A stretch of DNA of 32,000 nucleotides, taken from the NCBI RefSeq assembly GCF_000092785.1, contig NC_014225.1, forward strand, positions 539,340-571,339. Direction: 5' to 3'. Below, piece by piece: positions 16,832 to 25,405 of this stretch (the stretch's first letter is position 1; the number at the start of each line of letters is the position of its first letter). The DNA comes from Waddlia chondrophila WSU 86-1044 (GTDB lineage: Bacteria; Chlamydiota; Chlamydiia; Chlamydiales; Waddliaceae). A model generated the notes under the pieces. The model did no database searches and had not been told where the DNA came from. It worked only from the letters and a program-made list of their open reading frames with translations. Both the position numbers and the translations under genes were made by a program.

Positions 16832-18065
16832 ATGCTCTGCCGGCACTGGGTTTTTTATGACGGTGCTTGCCTTTCCACTTGTTTGCAGGCCTTTTGGCCG
16901 GCTTGTTTTTGTGTTCTGTTTTGATCGGTTTTGGTTCAAGGCCGGCCACAACAGCTACATCAATTGGCTGTCCGGTGTACTCCTCGATTTTTTTAACCAG
17001 AGAGGTGTCTTTTCCAGAGGCAAAGGAAAGCGCTGTTCCGGCTGCTCCGGCGCGTCCCGTTCTTCCTATGCGGTGTACGTAGTCTTCTACATTGCGTGGA
17101 AGGTCGAAATTGATCACATGGGTGATGTTTTGTACGTCGATTCCGCGTGCTGCCACATCAGTGGCAACAAGAACTTTGATTTTTCCAGTCCGTAGCTGAG
17201 CAATTGTCCGGGAACGCTGCCGCTGGCTCATGTCGCCGTGTAAAGCACCGGCTAGCAGTCCTTTATCATGCAGTTCGAAAACTAGCTGGGATGCGTGCCG
17301 TTTTGTAGAGGTGAACACGATCGCGTGTTTGACCACGTCATCATTTAAGATATGCTCCAAAAGTTGATTTTTATGCTGGAGTCCATCGACATAATGAAGC
17401 TTTTGAGTGATGTTCTCGTGTTTTGTTTTCTCTGAATGGATCACGATGTCCATCGGTTCGTTAAGCAGGCGGTTGGACAGATTTAATACGCTTCCTTGCA
17501 TGGTTGCTGAAAAAAGGAGGGTTTGCCTACTTGACGGTGTTGCAGCGGCGATTTTCTCCACCGGCTCGATAAAGCCCATGTCAAGCATGCGATCAGCTTC
17601 GTCAAGCACTAGGATCTCAATGGCTGAAAGATTGATCGCTTTCTGGTTGATGTAGTCGATCAGGCGCCCGGGAGTGGCGATCAAGATTTCATAAGGGCGC
17701 CTAAGCTTGCGTTGTTGAACGTGGTAGGGGACTCCTCCACTGATGCAGACTGATTTCACGCGATTGAGGAATTTGCTGTATTTATCCGCTTGGGTTGCGA
17801 TCTGCATTGCTAGCTCTCTTGTCGGAGAAAGAATCAGAACGCGCGGACCAACTGTCGGTTTACGCGGATTTGCAACGCAGTGATGAAGGGCTGGCAGTAA
17901 AAATGCGGCGGTCTTTCCAGAACCGGTTTGCGCTGAGGCGCGCAGATCAAAACCTTTGACCGCTTTGGGAATGGCTTTGCATTGAATCTCTGTAGGGCTT
18001 TTATATCCCGCAGCGTTCAGTGCTTTTAAAAGATCGGAATGGAGGTTTAAAGCGTCAAAAGTCAT
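16746..18065 (-). CDS. rhlE: DEAD-box ATP-dependent RNA helicase, RhlE-like, with a basic C-terminal tail
   Basis: 439 aa. Q-motif region (FDALNLHSDLLKAL...PTEIQ), AQTGSGKT, PTRELA, DEAD (VLDEADRMLDMGF), SAT, ARGIDV, HRIGRTGRAG. Lys/Arg-rich tail. Its last 28 codons overlap the phoH2 3' end. Confidence 0.9.
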   Translation of the reverse strand: MTFDALNLHSDLLKALNAAGYKSPTEIQCKAIPKAVKGFDLRASAQTGSGKTAAFLLPALHHCVANPRKPTVGPRVLILSPTRELAMQIATQADKYSKFLNRVKSVCISGGVPYHVQQRKLRRPYEILIATPGRLIDYINQKAINLSAIEILVLDEADRMLDMGFIEPVEKIAAATPSSRQTLLFSATMQGSVLNLSNRLLNEPMDIVIHSEKTKHENITQKLHYVDGLQHKNQLLEHILNDDVVKHAIVFTSTKRHASQLVFELHDKGLLAGALHGDMSQRQRSRTIAQLRTGKIKVLVATDVAARGIDVQNITHVINFDLPRNVEDYVHRIGRTGRAGAAGTALSFASGKDTSLVKKIEEYTGQPIDVAVVAGLEPKPIKTEHKNKPAKRPANKWKGKHRHKKPSAGRAFKGSQQQERPTQTSPSWKGKRGRTTSHR

Positions 18066-18118
18066 TAATTGGCCTAATTTTAAAAGGGTTGGAAAAGACA
18101 GTATAGTAGAAAAGTTAT

Positions 18119-18997
18119 TTAAATGCGAGCAGGTTTAACGTTTTCTTCATTAATTAACTTCCAGAGAGAAAAAGCGTTATAAGCTGCAATGGTTAAGAGG
18201 AGCCAGTGGAGGGAGGAAAGATTGACGAAAGAGATGATCGGTACAGCAACAGCTACGCCTAAAATGCCTGAAAAGCTAAGAAACAGACTTTCTTTGACAG
18301 CAAATTCCCCTCTCATGACAAAAGCGGATGCTGTAGCGGTTTGAACGATGGCGCCTGCTGTCGTCATGATCGGGAACGCGGCAAGAGGGGAGAGCCCTAG
18401 AAGAAAAAGGATGGTTTGAATGGGAACATAGATCCCTGCACCGATAGCGGGCAGCATCCCTGCAAAAACCATAGCAACGGCTCCGACAGCCATTTTAAAC
18501 GGAGGAAGCGAAGTGGCAAATCCGGCATTGGGAAGCAGGCCTCCTTTTTGAGAGAGGATAAGCATGACGACTCCAACGAATCCGGCGCACATTAATTGGC
18601 GGATAGCCTTTTTGTCCAGTTTTGACACTAGGTAGCCGCTTAAAAATCCTCCGAAGCAGGCGGATGCGACAAACAAAAGGAGAAGATAGAGATCGACTTC
18701 GACAAAATTGAGAAAAAGGATGGATTGCAGCATCGATGGCAGAACGCTTTGAGCATTCAGGGTGCCGGGGACTATTTTGTCGTCGAATGTTCGAAAACGG
18801 TTGTTTAAGGCAACAACGACTGCAAAACTCCCTAATCCTATTGTATCTGAAATATTGCTGATAAAACCTGTAAATAGTAAGGCGCATGTTTTTTTGAAAC
18901 TAAATGGCTCTTTCTTCATCTGCCGATAGTGCGTCAGAATTTGAAAAAAGACAAACAAACAGGCTGTGGCAACAATTAATTTTATAGCGTTATTCAC
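18119..18997 (-). CDS. Polytopic membrane protein, divergent TSUP (TauE/SafE, DUF81)-like
   Basis: 292 aa with ~8 hydrophobic segments. Degenerate TSUP-type glycine motifs (FTGFISNISDTIGLGSF; GMLPAIGAGIYVPIQTILFLLGLSPLAA). The start is GTG at 18997, so it is uncertain. Confidence 0.5.
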   Translation of the reverse strand: MNNAIKLIVATACLFVFFQILTHYRQMKKEPFSFKKTCALLFTGFISNISDTIGLGSFAVVVALNNRFRTFDDKIVPGTLNAQSVLPSMLQSILFLNFVEVDLYLLLLFVASACFGGFLSGYLVSKLDKKAIRQLMCAGFVGVVMLILSQKGGLLPNAGFATSLPPFKMAVGAVAMVFAGMLPAIGAGIYVPIQTILFLLGLSPLAAFPIMTTAGAIVQTATASAFVMRGEFAVKESLFLSFSGILGVAVAVPIISFVNLSSLHWLLLTIAAYNAFSLWKLINEENVKPARI

Positions 18998-19164
18998 TAT
19001 GAACCTATCCCGATATTGCTATTTTTGCAGATATTTTTTCTTTTTGAGAAATTTTCTTCGACCGCTTCGCTGTGAATCTTAGTGAAGATTTACAAGAAGT
19101 GATCGAAAAAAAGAGCCAAAAAGAAGGAATAGATGTCAAATTTGAATATCGGGATAGGTTCATA
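18998..19164. repeat. 167-bp element bounded by perfect 20-bp inverted repeats
   Basis: TATGAACCTATCCCGATATT (18998-19017) is the exact reverse complement of AATATCGGGATAGGTTCATA (19145-19164). The interior is 127 bp and AT-rich. Confidence 0.85.
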
Positions 19165-19244
19165 ATTCCTTAAACTTATTGTGCAGATTATAAATGTAAA
19201 AGCAGATAAAATCAAATTCGCGAAATAGCAATAGGTTCAGGTTT

Positions 19245-20447
19245 ATGAAAATTGTTGTGATTGGGGGGGGTGCCGCGGGCTTTTTCTCAGCTCTTACTGC
19301 AAAACAGTCCAATCCTGAAATCGAGGTGATTCTCATCGAAAAAACTGCGCAGCTGCTGAGTAAAGTGCGTGTTTCTGGAGGCGGCAGGTGCAATGTCACC
19401 CACTCTTGTTTTGATCCGCGCATGTTGGCAGCTAACTACCCAAGAGGCAGGAAGGAATTGTTGGGGCCTTTTCACCGGTTTCAACCGAAGGATGTGATTG
19501 AGTGGTTTCGATTGCGCGGCGTGCGGTTAAAAACCGAAGGCGATGGCAGAATGTTTCCGATTACAGACTCCTCCGAGACTATTATTGACTGTTTGCTGAA
19601 CGAGGTTCAAAAATGCGGGGTAAAAATTTGGACCCGTTGCAAGCTGAAAAGCGTGCAAATTGCAGAGCCTGGATTTTTGTTGGATGTAGGTACTGCGGTT
19701 CCTCTGAAAGCCGACCGATTGATTATGGCGACCGGAAGTTCTCGTCAGGGGTGGGAGTTTGCTTGTTTGCTTGGCCATGCAATTGAGGAGCCTGTGCCAT
19801 CGCTTTTCACTTTTAATGTGCCGGAATTTCCTTTGGAACATTTTGCAGGGGTCTCGGTAACTCCAGCAAAAATTGCCATTCAGGGAACAAAATTAGAACA
19901 GACAGGGCCTTTATTGATCACTCATTGGGGATTTAGCGGACCTGCAGCGTTGAAACTCTCAGCTTTCGGTGCTCGTTATTTGGCAGAGCGCCATTACGAG
20001 GTTTGCCTTAGCATCGATTGGGTGCCAGAATTTTCGATCCAGAAATTTAAGGAAGAGCACAGCTCTCATCCTAAGAAGCTTCTCAGACAGGCGAACCCGC
20101 CTTCTCTTCCTAAAAAATTGTGGTGTGCGCTTTTAAAAAAGGCAGGTGTCGGCGATGAAACAGTGTTCGCAGGATTTGGCAAAGAAAAGTCAGCTGCATT
20201 GGCACAAGTGTTAAGTAAAGATCTTTATAATGTTAGGGGGAAAACGACCAATAAGGAGGAGTTTGTCACATGTGGAGGAATCAGGCTCTCTCAGGTAGAT
20301 TTTAAAACGATGGAAAGTAAAATCTGCCCCAACCTCTATTTTTGCGGCGAGATTCTCGATATTGATGGAATCACCGGCGGATTCAATTTTCAAAATGCTT
20401 GGACGACAGGTTGGATAGCTGGTCGATCGGCTTCCGATTTTTCTTAA
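19245..20447 (+). CDS. HI0933/YhiN/BaiN-family FAD-dependent flavoprotein (NAD(P)/FAD-dependent oxidoreductase)
   Basis: 400 aa. MKIVVIGGGAAGFFSA dinucleotide-binding motif, family-typical SGGGRCNVTH, and C-terminal GGFNFQNAWTTG. Confidence 0.85.
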   Translation: MKIVVIGGGAAGFFSALTAKQSNPEIEVILIEKTAQLLSKVRVSGGGRCNVTHSCFDPRMLAANYPRGRKELLGPFHRFQPKDVIEWFRLRGVRLKTEGDGRMFPITDSSETIIDCLLNEVQKCGVKIWTRCKLKSVQIAEPGFLLDVGTAVPLKADRLIMATGSSRQGWEFACLLGHAIEEPVPSLFTFNVPEFPLEHFAGVSVTPAKIAIQGTKLEQTGPLLITHWGFSGPAALKLSAFGARYLAERHYEVCLSIDWVPEFSIQKFKEEHSSHPKKLLRQANPPSLPKKLWCALLKKAGVGDETVFAGFGKEKSAALAQVLSKDLYNVRGKTTNKEEFVTCGGIRLSQVDFKTMESKICPNLYFCGEILDIDGITGGFNFQNAWTTGWIAGRSASDFS

Positions 20448-20470
20448 GAAAATAAAAAGAGGGTTAAACG

Positions 20471-20851
20471 ATGCGTATTTTTCACCATTATGGAATTCCT
20501 ACAACTGAGCAAAGGGATGATGAAACGTTGGTTGAAGTGGGCGGTTTTAAATTTTATTCGACTCCGTTCGAAGGAAACCGCTGGCATATTCAATGGCACC
20601 GTTTCCCGGAAGGCCATGGTTTGCCAGAACTTGTGACTCAGGTTCCCCATCTCGCTTTTCAGGTAGACGATCTGGATAGGGAGATTGAGGGGGCTAACAT
20701 TCTCTTTGGCCCTTATAGTCCTTTAGAAGGATATCGCGTAGCCATGATTGAGGAACAGGGAGTGCCGATTGAATTGGTTGAAACGAAGCTTTCTGATGAG
20801 GAACTATCTGAGTTGGAGAGGAAAGAATTCAACAAAGGTTATTACCCCTGA
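20471..20851 (+). CDS. Small VOC (glyoxalase/bleomycin-resistance fold)-like protein
   Basis: 126 aa, ATG with a GAGGG SD. VOC-like pattern HHYGIP ... HLAFQVDDLD ... GYRVAMIEEQGVPIELVE. Function unknown. Confidence 0.5.
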   Translation: MRIFHHYGIPTTEQRDDETLVEVGGFKFYSTPFEGNRWHIQWHRFPEGHGLPELVTQVPHLAFQVDDLDREIEGANILFGPYSPLEGYRVAMIEEQGVPIELVETKLSDEELSELERKEFNKGYYP

Positions 20852-22602
20852 TCCAAAAAGACGATGGCTCCTTTCTGCACCTTGCGAACTGCTTCGCTGT
20901 CTTCGATTGTTTCAAGAGGAGTGTTGGAAGAGAGTAAAAAGAGGGGAATTGCTTTCGGATTTTTCTCTTTCCATTCTTTATATCCAAACTGTTTCGTCAG
21001 TTGAGTGGAGCGGATCACTGAACCGTTGTCAACTTTTTGACGCAGCTGCGAGTGGTCGATCTCTTTGGAAAAGAGTCCTCGTCCGGTCAGATGATTCGGG
21101 ATTTTTTCGGTTTCCGGATGAAATTGATAGAGTTGTTCTCGATCGAAAAATCGGGAAAAATGATTGATTGCCAGGCTGTTGACCTCGTCATTTTCTGTGA
21201 GTGCCAGCACGACTCCTATTTCGGCAAGAGTGTCCTGATTTTCTTCTTCGAAAGAGATGAAGCTTCCGTAGAACACGTTTCCCTTTTGCTTCTTAGCTTC
21301 AGAAGCTTTCCAAAAATTGGTATCAATATAGTAAGGGATTAATCCTCTTTCAGAAAGCGATTTGCCCACTTCACGAGCGAAAGAGTTCGCTCCGATAATC
21401 AGGACTCCAGGCTCAAAAGATGAGGCAAGTTTTAAAAGAGGGGCAAAAACAAACGTTCCAATGGCGCAGAAGCAGACGGTTAGAGCAATAACACTGAATA
21501 CGATGGATGTTAACCAGGCGGTTTCTTTGAATCCTAGTTCTGCAAGTTCCAGTGCAAATAGGGAAGCTACTGAAGCAGAGACGATTCCTCGAGGGGCGAC
21601 AATAATCATAAGAGTTTTTTCTCTCCAGCTCAACTGTGAGCCAAATGTAGAGATAAAAACGACAAGCGGTCTGACAATGAAAAGAAGAAATAGCGTAATC
21701 ATGAGAGATTCTTTCCAGTATTTCAGCACAACTTGAGGATCGATGCTGGCAGCCAGTGTGATAAAGAGGAATGCAATCAGAATGACGCGGAGGCTCTCTT
21801 TAAATTCTACGATATGTTTGACAGAGAGATTCTTTTGGTTCGCAAGAGTAAATCCCATGACTGTCGCTGTCACAAGGCCGGAATCCGTTTGGATATAGTT
21901 GGAAATGCTGTAAGCAAAAATCAGCAAAAGAAGGACGACTGAGTTATGTAGGATGTCCGGAATGAGATAGCGTTTCAGTGCAAGAATAAAAAGGAATGCG
22001 CAAAGCACTCCCAATCCAACGCCGATTAGAATGCTTAGAGAAAGGCCTATGGCAAATGTTTCTGTCGGAGAGTGGGAGGTTTTGAAAAATGCTTCAAAGA
22101 TAAGAACGGCTGTGATGGCACCGATCGGATCGATGATGATCCCTTCCCAGCGCAGGATCGATCTAGCAGGTTCTTTGATGTGGAGCTGCTGCAGCAAAGG
22201 AATGATCACTGTTGGGCCTGTAATCACCAGAATTGATGCGAGAAGAACAGCGTATTCATAGGAAAACTTTGCGTAATGCTGAAGAAAAATCCCTGCTAAG
22301 ACAATTCCTAAGAGTGTGCTGAAAATGACCAATCGCATGACGATCGGGCCGATCTTCTTTACTTTTCGGATCTCCAGGCTTAAGCCCCCCTCGAATAAGA
22401 TGATGGCGACCGAGAGAGAGACGATTGGCAAAAGCAAATCTCCGAACAGCTCCTGTGGATTGATGAGGCCGGTGATCGGTCCGACCAGGAATCCCATCAG
22501 CAGCATGAGCAAGATATTGGGAATATGAATCAGCTCCGCTATCCAAGTGGATAGAAGGCCGACGATCAAGATGATTGAAAGTTGGAAAAAAGGATCTTCC
22601 AT
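20842..22602 (-). CDS. Cation:proton antiporter (CPA1/NhaP type) with a C-terminal RCK/TrkA-N-like domain
   Basis: I prefer ATG 22602 (MEDPFFQLSIILIVGLL...) over the TTG at 22626. About 12 TM segments with a CPA1-like N-terminal block (LLMLLMGFLVGP...ILFEGGLSL). Soluble tail with VLIIGANSFAREVGKSLSERG (Rossmann-like). Confidence 0.8.
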   Translation of the reverse strand: MEDPFFQLSIILIVGLLSTWIAELIHIPNILLMLLMGFLVGPITGLINPQELFGDLLLPIVSLSVAIILFEGGLSLEIRKVKKIGPIVMRLVIFSTLLGIVLAGIFLQHYAKFSYEYAVLLASILVITGPTVIIPLLQQLHIKEPARSILRWEGIIIDPIGAITAVLIFEAFFKTSHSPTETFAIGLSLSILIGVGLGVLCAFLFILALKRYLIPDILHNSVVLLLLIFAYSISNYIQTDSGLVTATVMGFTLANQKNLSVKHIVEFKESLRVILIAFLFITLAASIDPQVVLKYWKESLMITLFLLFIVRPLVVFISTFGSQLSWREKTLMIIVAPRGIVSASVASLFALELAELGFKETAWLTSIVFSVIALTVCFCAIGTFVFAPLLKLASSFEPGVLIIGANSFAREVGKSLSERGLIPYYIDTNFWKASEAKKQKGNVFYGSFISFEEENQDTLAEIGVVLALTENDEVNSLAINHFSRFFDREQLYQFHPETEKIPNHLTGRGLFSKEIDHSQLRQKVDNGSVIRSTQLTKQFGYKEWKEKNPKAIPLFLLSSNTPLETIEDSEAVRKVQKGAIVFLDQG

Positions 22603-22683
22603 ATTTGCTGTTATACGTTTTAACAATCAGTTTTTAAAGAAAAAAAGTTTGCCTTTTCAAGAAAATTTGCTATCTCTTTAAGC

Positions 22684-24237
22684 ATGGTAAAATCGAATGA
22701 AGAAAAGCCTAAGTTGGTCATTAGAAATGCTGCTGTGCGCGATGTGCCTGCAATTCAGAAGCTTTCGGTCAAGGTTTATAAAGAGCACTACCAATATAGC
22801 CAGGCTGAGCTTCGAGGGCAGATACGTCATTTTCCTGAAGGGCAGTTTGTTGCAGAATACAATGGCAAAGTGATTGGATATTGCGCTTCGCTCATCGTGC
22901 ATCGGCAAAAAGCAATGAGGAGCCATTCCTGGAGGGAAATTACAGGGAACGGTTATTGTTCGACCCACACGCGCAATGGCGATTTTCTCTATGGAGTTGA
23001 TATTTTCGTCGATCCCGCCTACCGCCGCATGCGGATAGGGGAAAGATTTTATAGAGAGCGAATCAGTTTGTGTAAGTTTCTAAGGTTAAAGGGGATTATT
23101 TTTGCTGGCCGCTTGCCTTTATTGAAGAAAAAATTTAAACAGGTGGGGTCTGCAGAGGGATATTTGCAAGCTGTTTTGGATAAGAAAATTCGAGATCCTG
23201 TGATCAACTTTCAATTGAGGCAAGGGTTTGAGATCTTAGGAATTCTTGAGAAATACGACCCCAAAGATACTGAATCGATGGGGTATGCAGCGCATATGAT
23301 CTGGTACAATCCCGAAATGTCTTCCCAGGATGCCACAGAATCGGGTAACAGAAGCGGCAGCGATGCACTTCGCGTCGCTTCTGTTCAGTACATGCAAAGA
23401 GAGATCGGCTCCTTTGATGAATTTAAAAAAATAATCACCTATTATATTGATGTCGTGCATGATTATCGCTGCGATTTTGTTCTTTTTCCTGAATTTTTTA
23501 CGCTTCAGCTGCTTTCGATAGAATCGGAAAAATTATCTCCGGAAAAGGCGATTTTGCGCCTGGCGGAGTACACGGAAGATTTGAAGGAATTTTTTAAAGA
23601 TTTAGCGATCAAATACAATACGAATATCATTGCAGGTTCGCATCCGGTCAGAGTCAGCGATACTGAGGTGCAAAATATTTGTTTTATTTTTCTTCGAGAC
23701 GGTTCTGTCCATGAGCAGCCGAAAATTCATCCGACTCCCGATGAGAAGTATTGGTGGAACATCACTGGCGGCGACAAGTTAGAGCCGATTGAAACTGATT
23801 GCGGAGCGATCGGCGTTCTAATCTGTTATGATTCAGAGTTTCCCGAACTGGCCCGGTATCTAGTCGATCAGGGGGCAAATATCTTATTTGTTCCATTTTG
23901 CACAGATCAGAGGCAGGGATATTTGCGCGTACGTTATTGTTCTCAAGCAAGAGCTGTGGAGAATCAGTGTTATGTGGTGATGTCGGGAAATGTGGGAAAC
24001 TTGCCCAAAGTGGAGAATATGGATATTAACTATGGGCAGAGTTGTATCCTAACTCCTTGCGACTTTGTTTTTTCGCGCGATGGAATTGCCGCTGAATGCG
24101 AGCCGAATGTGGAGACGATCATTTTTGCTGACCTACACCTGAACGATCTCTTCGAATCCCGTTCTTCCGGAAGTGTGATCAATCTGCGCGATCGCCGCCA
24201 CGATTTGTTTAGCGTTGTTTGGCATAAGAAACATTAA
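22684..24237 (+). CDS. Bifunctional GNAT N-acetyltransferase / carbon-nitrogen hydrolase (nitrilase superfamily) fusion protein
   Basis: 517 aa. N-terminal GNAT (VIGYCASL...VDPAYRRMRIGERFY). C-terminal CN-hydrolase with the Glu (VLFPEFF) and Cys (GVLICYDSEFPE) motifs of the Glu-Lys-Cys catalytic triad. Confidence 0.85.
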   Translation: MVKSNEEKPKLVIRNAAVRDVPAIQKLSVKVYKEHYQYSQAELRGQIRHFPEGQFVAEYNGKVIGYCASLIVHRQKAMRSHSWREITGNGYCSTHTRNGDFLYGVDIFVDPAYRRMRIGERFYRERISLCKFLRLKGIIFAGRLPLLKKKFKQVGSAEGYLQAVLDKKIRDPVINFQLRQGFEILGILEKYDPKDTESMGYAAHMIWYNPEMSSQDATESGNRSGSDALRVASVQYMQREIGSFDEFKKIITYYIDVVHDYRCDFVLFPEFFTLQLLSIESEKLSPEKAILRLAEYTEDLKEFFKDLAIKYNTNIIAGSHPVRVSDTEVQNICFIFLRDGSVHEQPKIHPTPDEKYWWNITGGDKLEPIETDCGAIGVLICYDSEFPELARYLVDQGANILFVPFCTDQRQGYLRVRYCSQARAVENQCYVVMSGNVGNLPKVENMDINYGQSCILTPCDFVFSRDGIAAECEPNVETIIFADLHLNDLFESRSSGSVINLRDRRHDLFSVVWHKKH

Positions 24238-24602
24238 TGCCTTGGACCGGTTGGCCTGTTTGAGATCCGTTTGTTCTTCATAGGATCGATGTCGTGAACA
24301 TAGACGTTAACGATTACATGGTCGACGCCAGGAATATCAAGTGCGATATCTCTCAACAACTCTTGTTCTCTCTTGGAATCCACTCTTCCTTTAAACAACA
24401 CTTTCCCATGATTAACTGAAACATGCACATGGTTTTGATGATAATCGTACCCGTGGGACTGCAATCTTCTATGAATGGCATAAAAAATTTCTTCGTCCTC
24501 TGCGCTGAATTTCAAATTTGACCCGCATGTTTTGCAGTCTGCCGATAATGTGGTCGTTGTTACTGTTAGAACTGATAAAATTAAGGCCAGCTTCTTTAAC
24601 AT
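24234..24602 (-). CDS. Secreted BON-domain protein
   Basis: 122 aa. Signal peptide MLKKLALILSVLTVTTTTLSA. BON-like core VSVNHGKVLFKGRVDSKREQELLRDIALDIPGVDHVIVNV. Confidence 0.65.
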   Translation of the reverse strand: MLKKLALILSVLTVTTTTLSADCKTCGSNLKFSAEDEEIFYAIHRRLQSHGYDYHQNHVHVSVNHGKVLFKGRVDSKREQELLRDIALDIPGVDHVIVNVYVHDIDPMKNKRISNRPTGPRH

Positions 24603-24611
24603 TTGATTTTC

Positions 24612-25403
24612 CTAATTGATTTGATTCACTATCCCGCCTTCAACTTTCACTGACGAGCCGTTTGTCAAAGCAGCTAGCGGACTGCAGAGGAAGGCTGCCA
24701 TATGCGCGACCTCTTCTACTCGTGCAAATCGTCGAATTAAAGAGTCTGGCCGGTTTTTTTTGACAAAATCGTCAATCAGCTCCTGCTTATCGATCCCTTT
24801 GTCCTCTGCGATCTTTGTTAAAAACTGATCGACTCCTTCTGTAAGAGTTGGTCCGGGAAGGAGAGCATTGACTGTCACTTGGGTTCCTTTGGTTAACTTG
24901 GCTAAACCGCGCATGATGGACAGTTGAGCTGCTTTAGTGAAACCGTAATGGATCATCTCTTCAGGGATATTGAGGCCGCTTTCGCTGGAAACAAAAATGA
25001 CTCTTCCCCAATTGCGCTTAAGCATGGGTTTAAGAAAATGTCTTGAAAGGGCGACTCCTGTAAGTACATTGCTTTCAAAGTAATGTCTCCAAAGGCCGTC
25101 GGTTGTGTCAAAAAAGTCGACGACCTCATAAATGCCGAAATTGTTGATTAAAAGATCAATGGGTTCTTTGATTGCATCAATTAGCTTTGCGCATCCATCA
25201 GGCTTGTTTAAGTCTGCTCCTATTCCGGCAACTTTTGGGTATTTTGACTGAAATTCATTAACGGCTTTTTCTGCGGAAGCGTCTCGGCTGCCATGGATGA
25301 TGACGCTTGCGCCTTCTTTCAGCAGTTCTTCAGCAATTGCCTTGCCGATTCCTCCCGTCGATGCCGTAACAAGAGCTGTTTTCCCTTCTAATTGCAGGTC
25401 CAT
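24612..25403 (-). CDS. Short-chain dehydrogenase/reductase (SDR) family oxidoreductase
   Basis: 263 aa. TASTGGIGKAIA cofactor motif, NNFG, and catalytic Ser with YGFTKAA (YxxxK). Confidence 0.9.
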   Translation of the reverse strand: MDLQLEGKTALVTASTGGIGKAIAEELLKEGASVIIHGSRDASAEKAVNEFQSKYPKVAGIGADLNKPDGCAKLIDAIKEPIDLLINNFGIYEVVDFFDTTDGLWRHYFESNVLTGVALSRHFLKPMLKRNWGRVIFVSSESGLNIPEEMIHYGFTKAAQLSIMRGLAKLTKGTQVTVNALLPGPTLTEGVDQFLTKIAEDKGIDKQELIDDFVKKNRPDSLIRRFARVEEVAHMAAFLCSPLAALTNGSSVKVEGGIVNQIN

Positions 25404-25405
25404 GT

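Noticed and set aside
16752-17195. 147-aa ORF antisense to the DEAD-box helicase gene, with similar antisense ORFs at 30882-31319, 15973-16350, 13471-13758 and 20748-21167
   Set aside because: All are nested opposite genes that carry full sets of family motifs. None has an SD-like start context or a recognisable domain, so I treat them as frame shadows.
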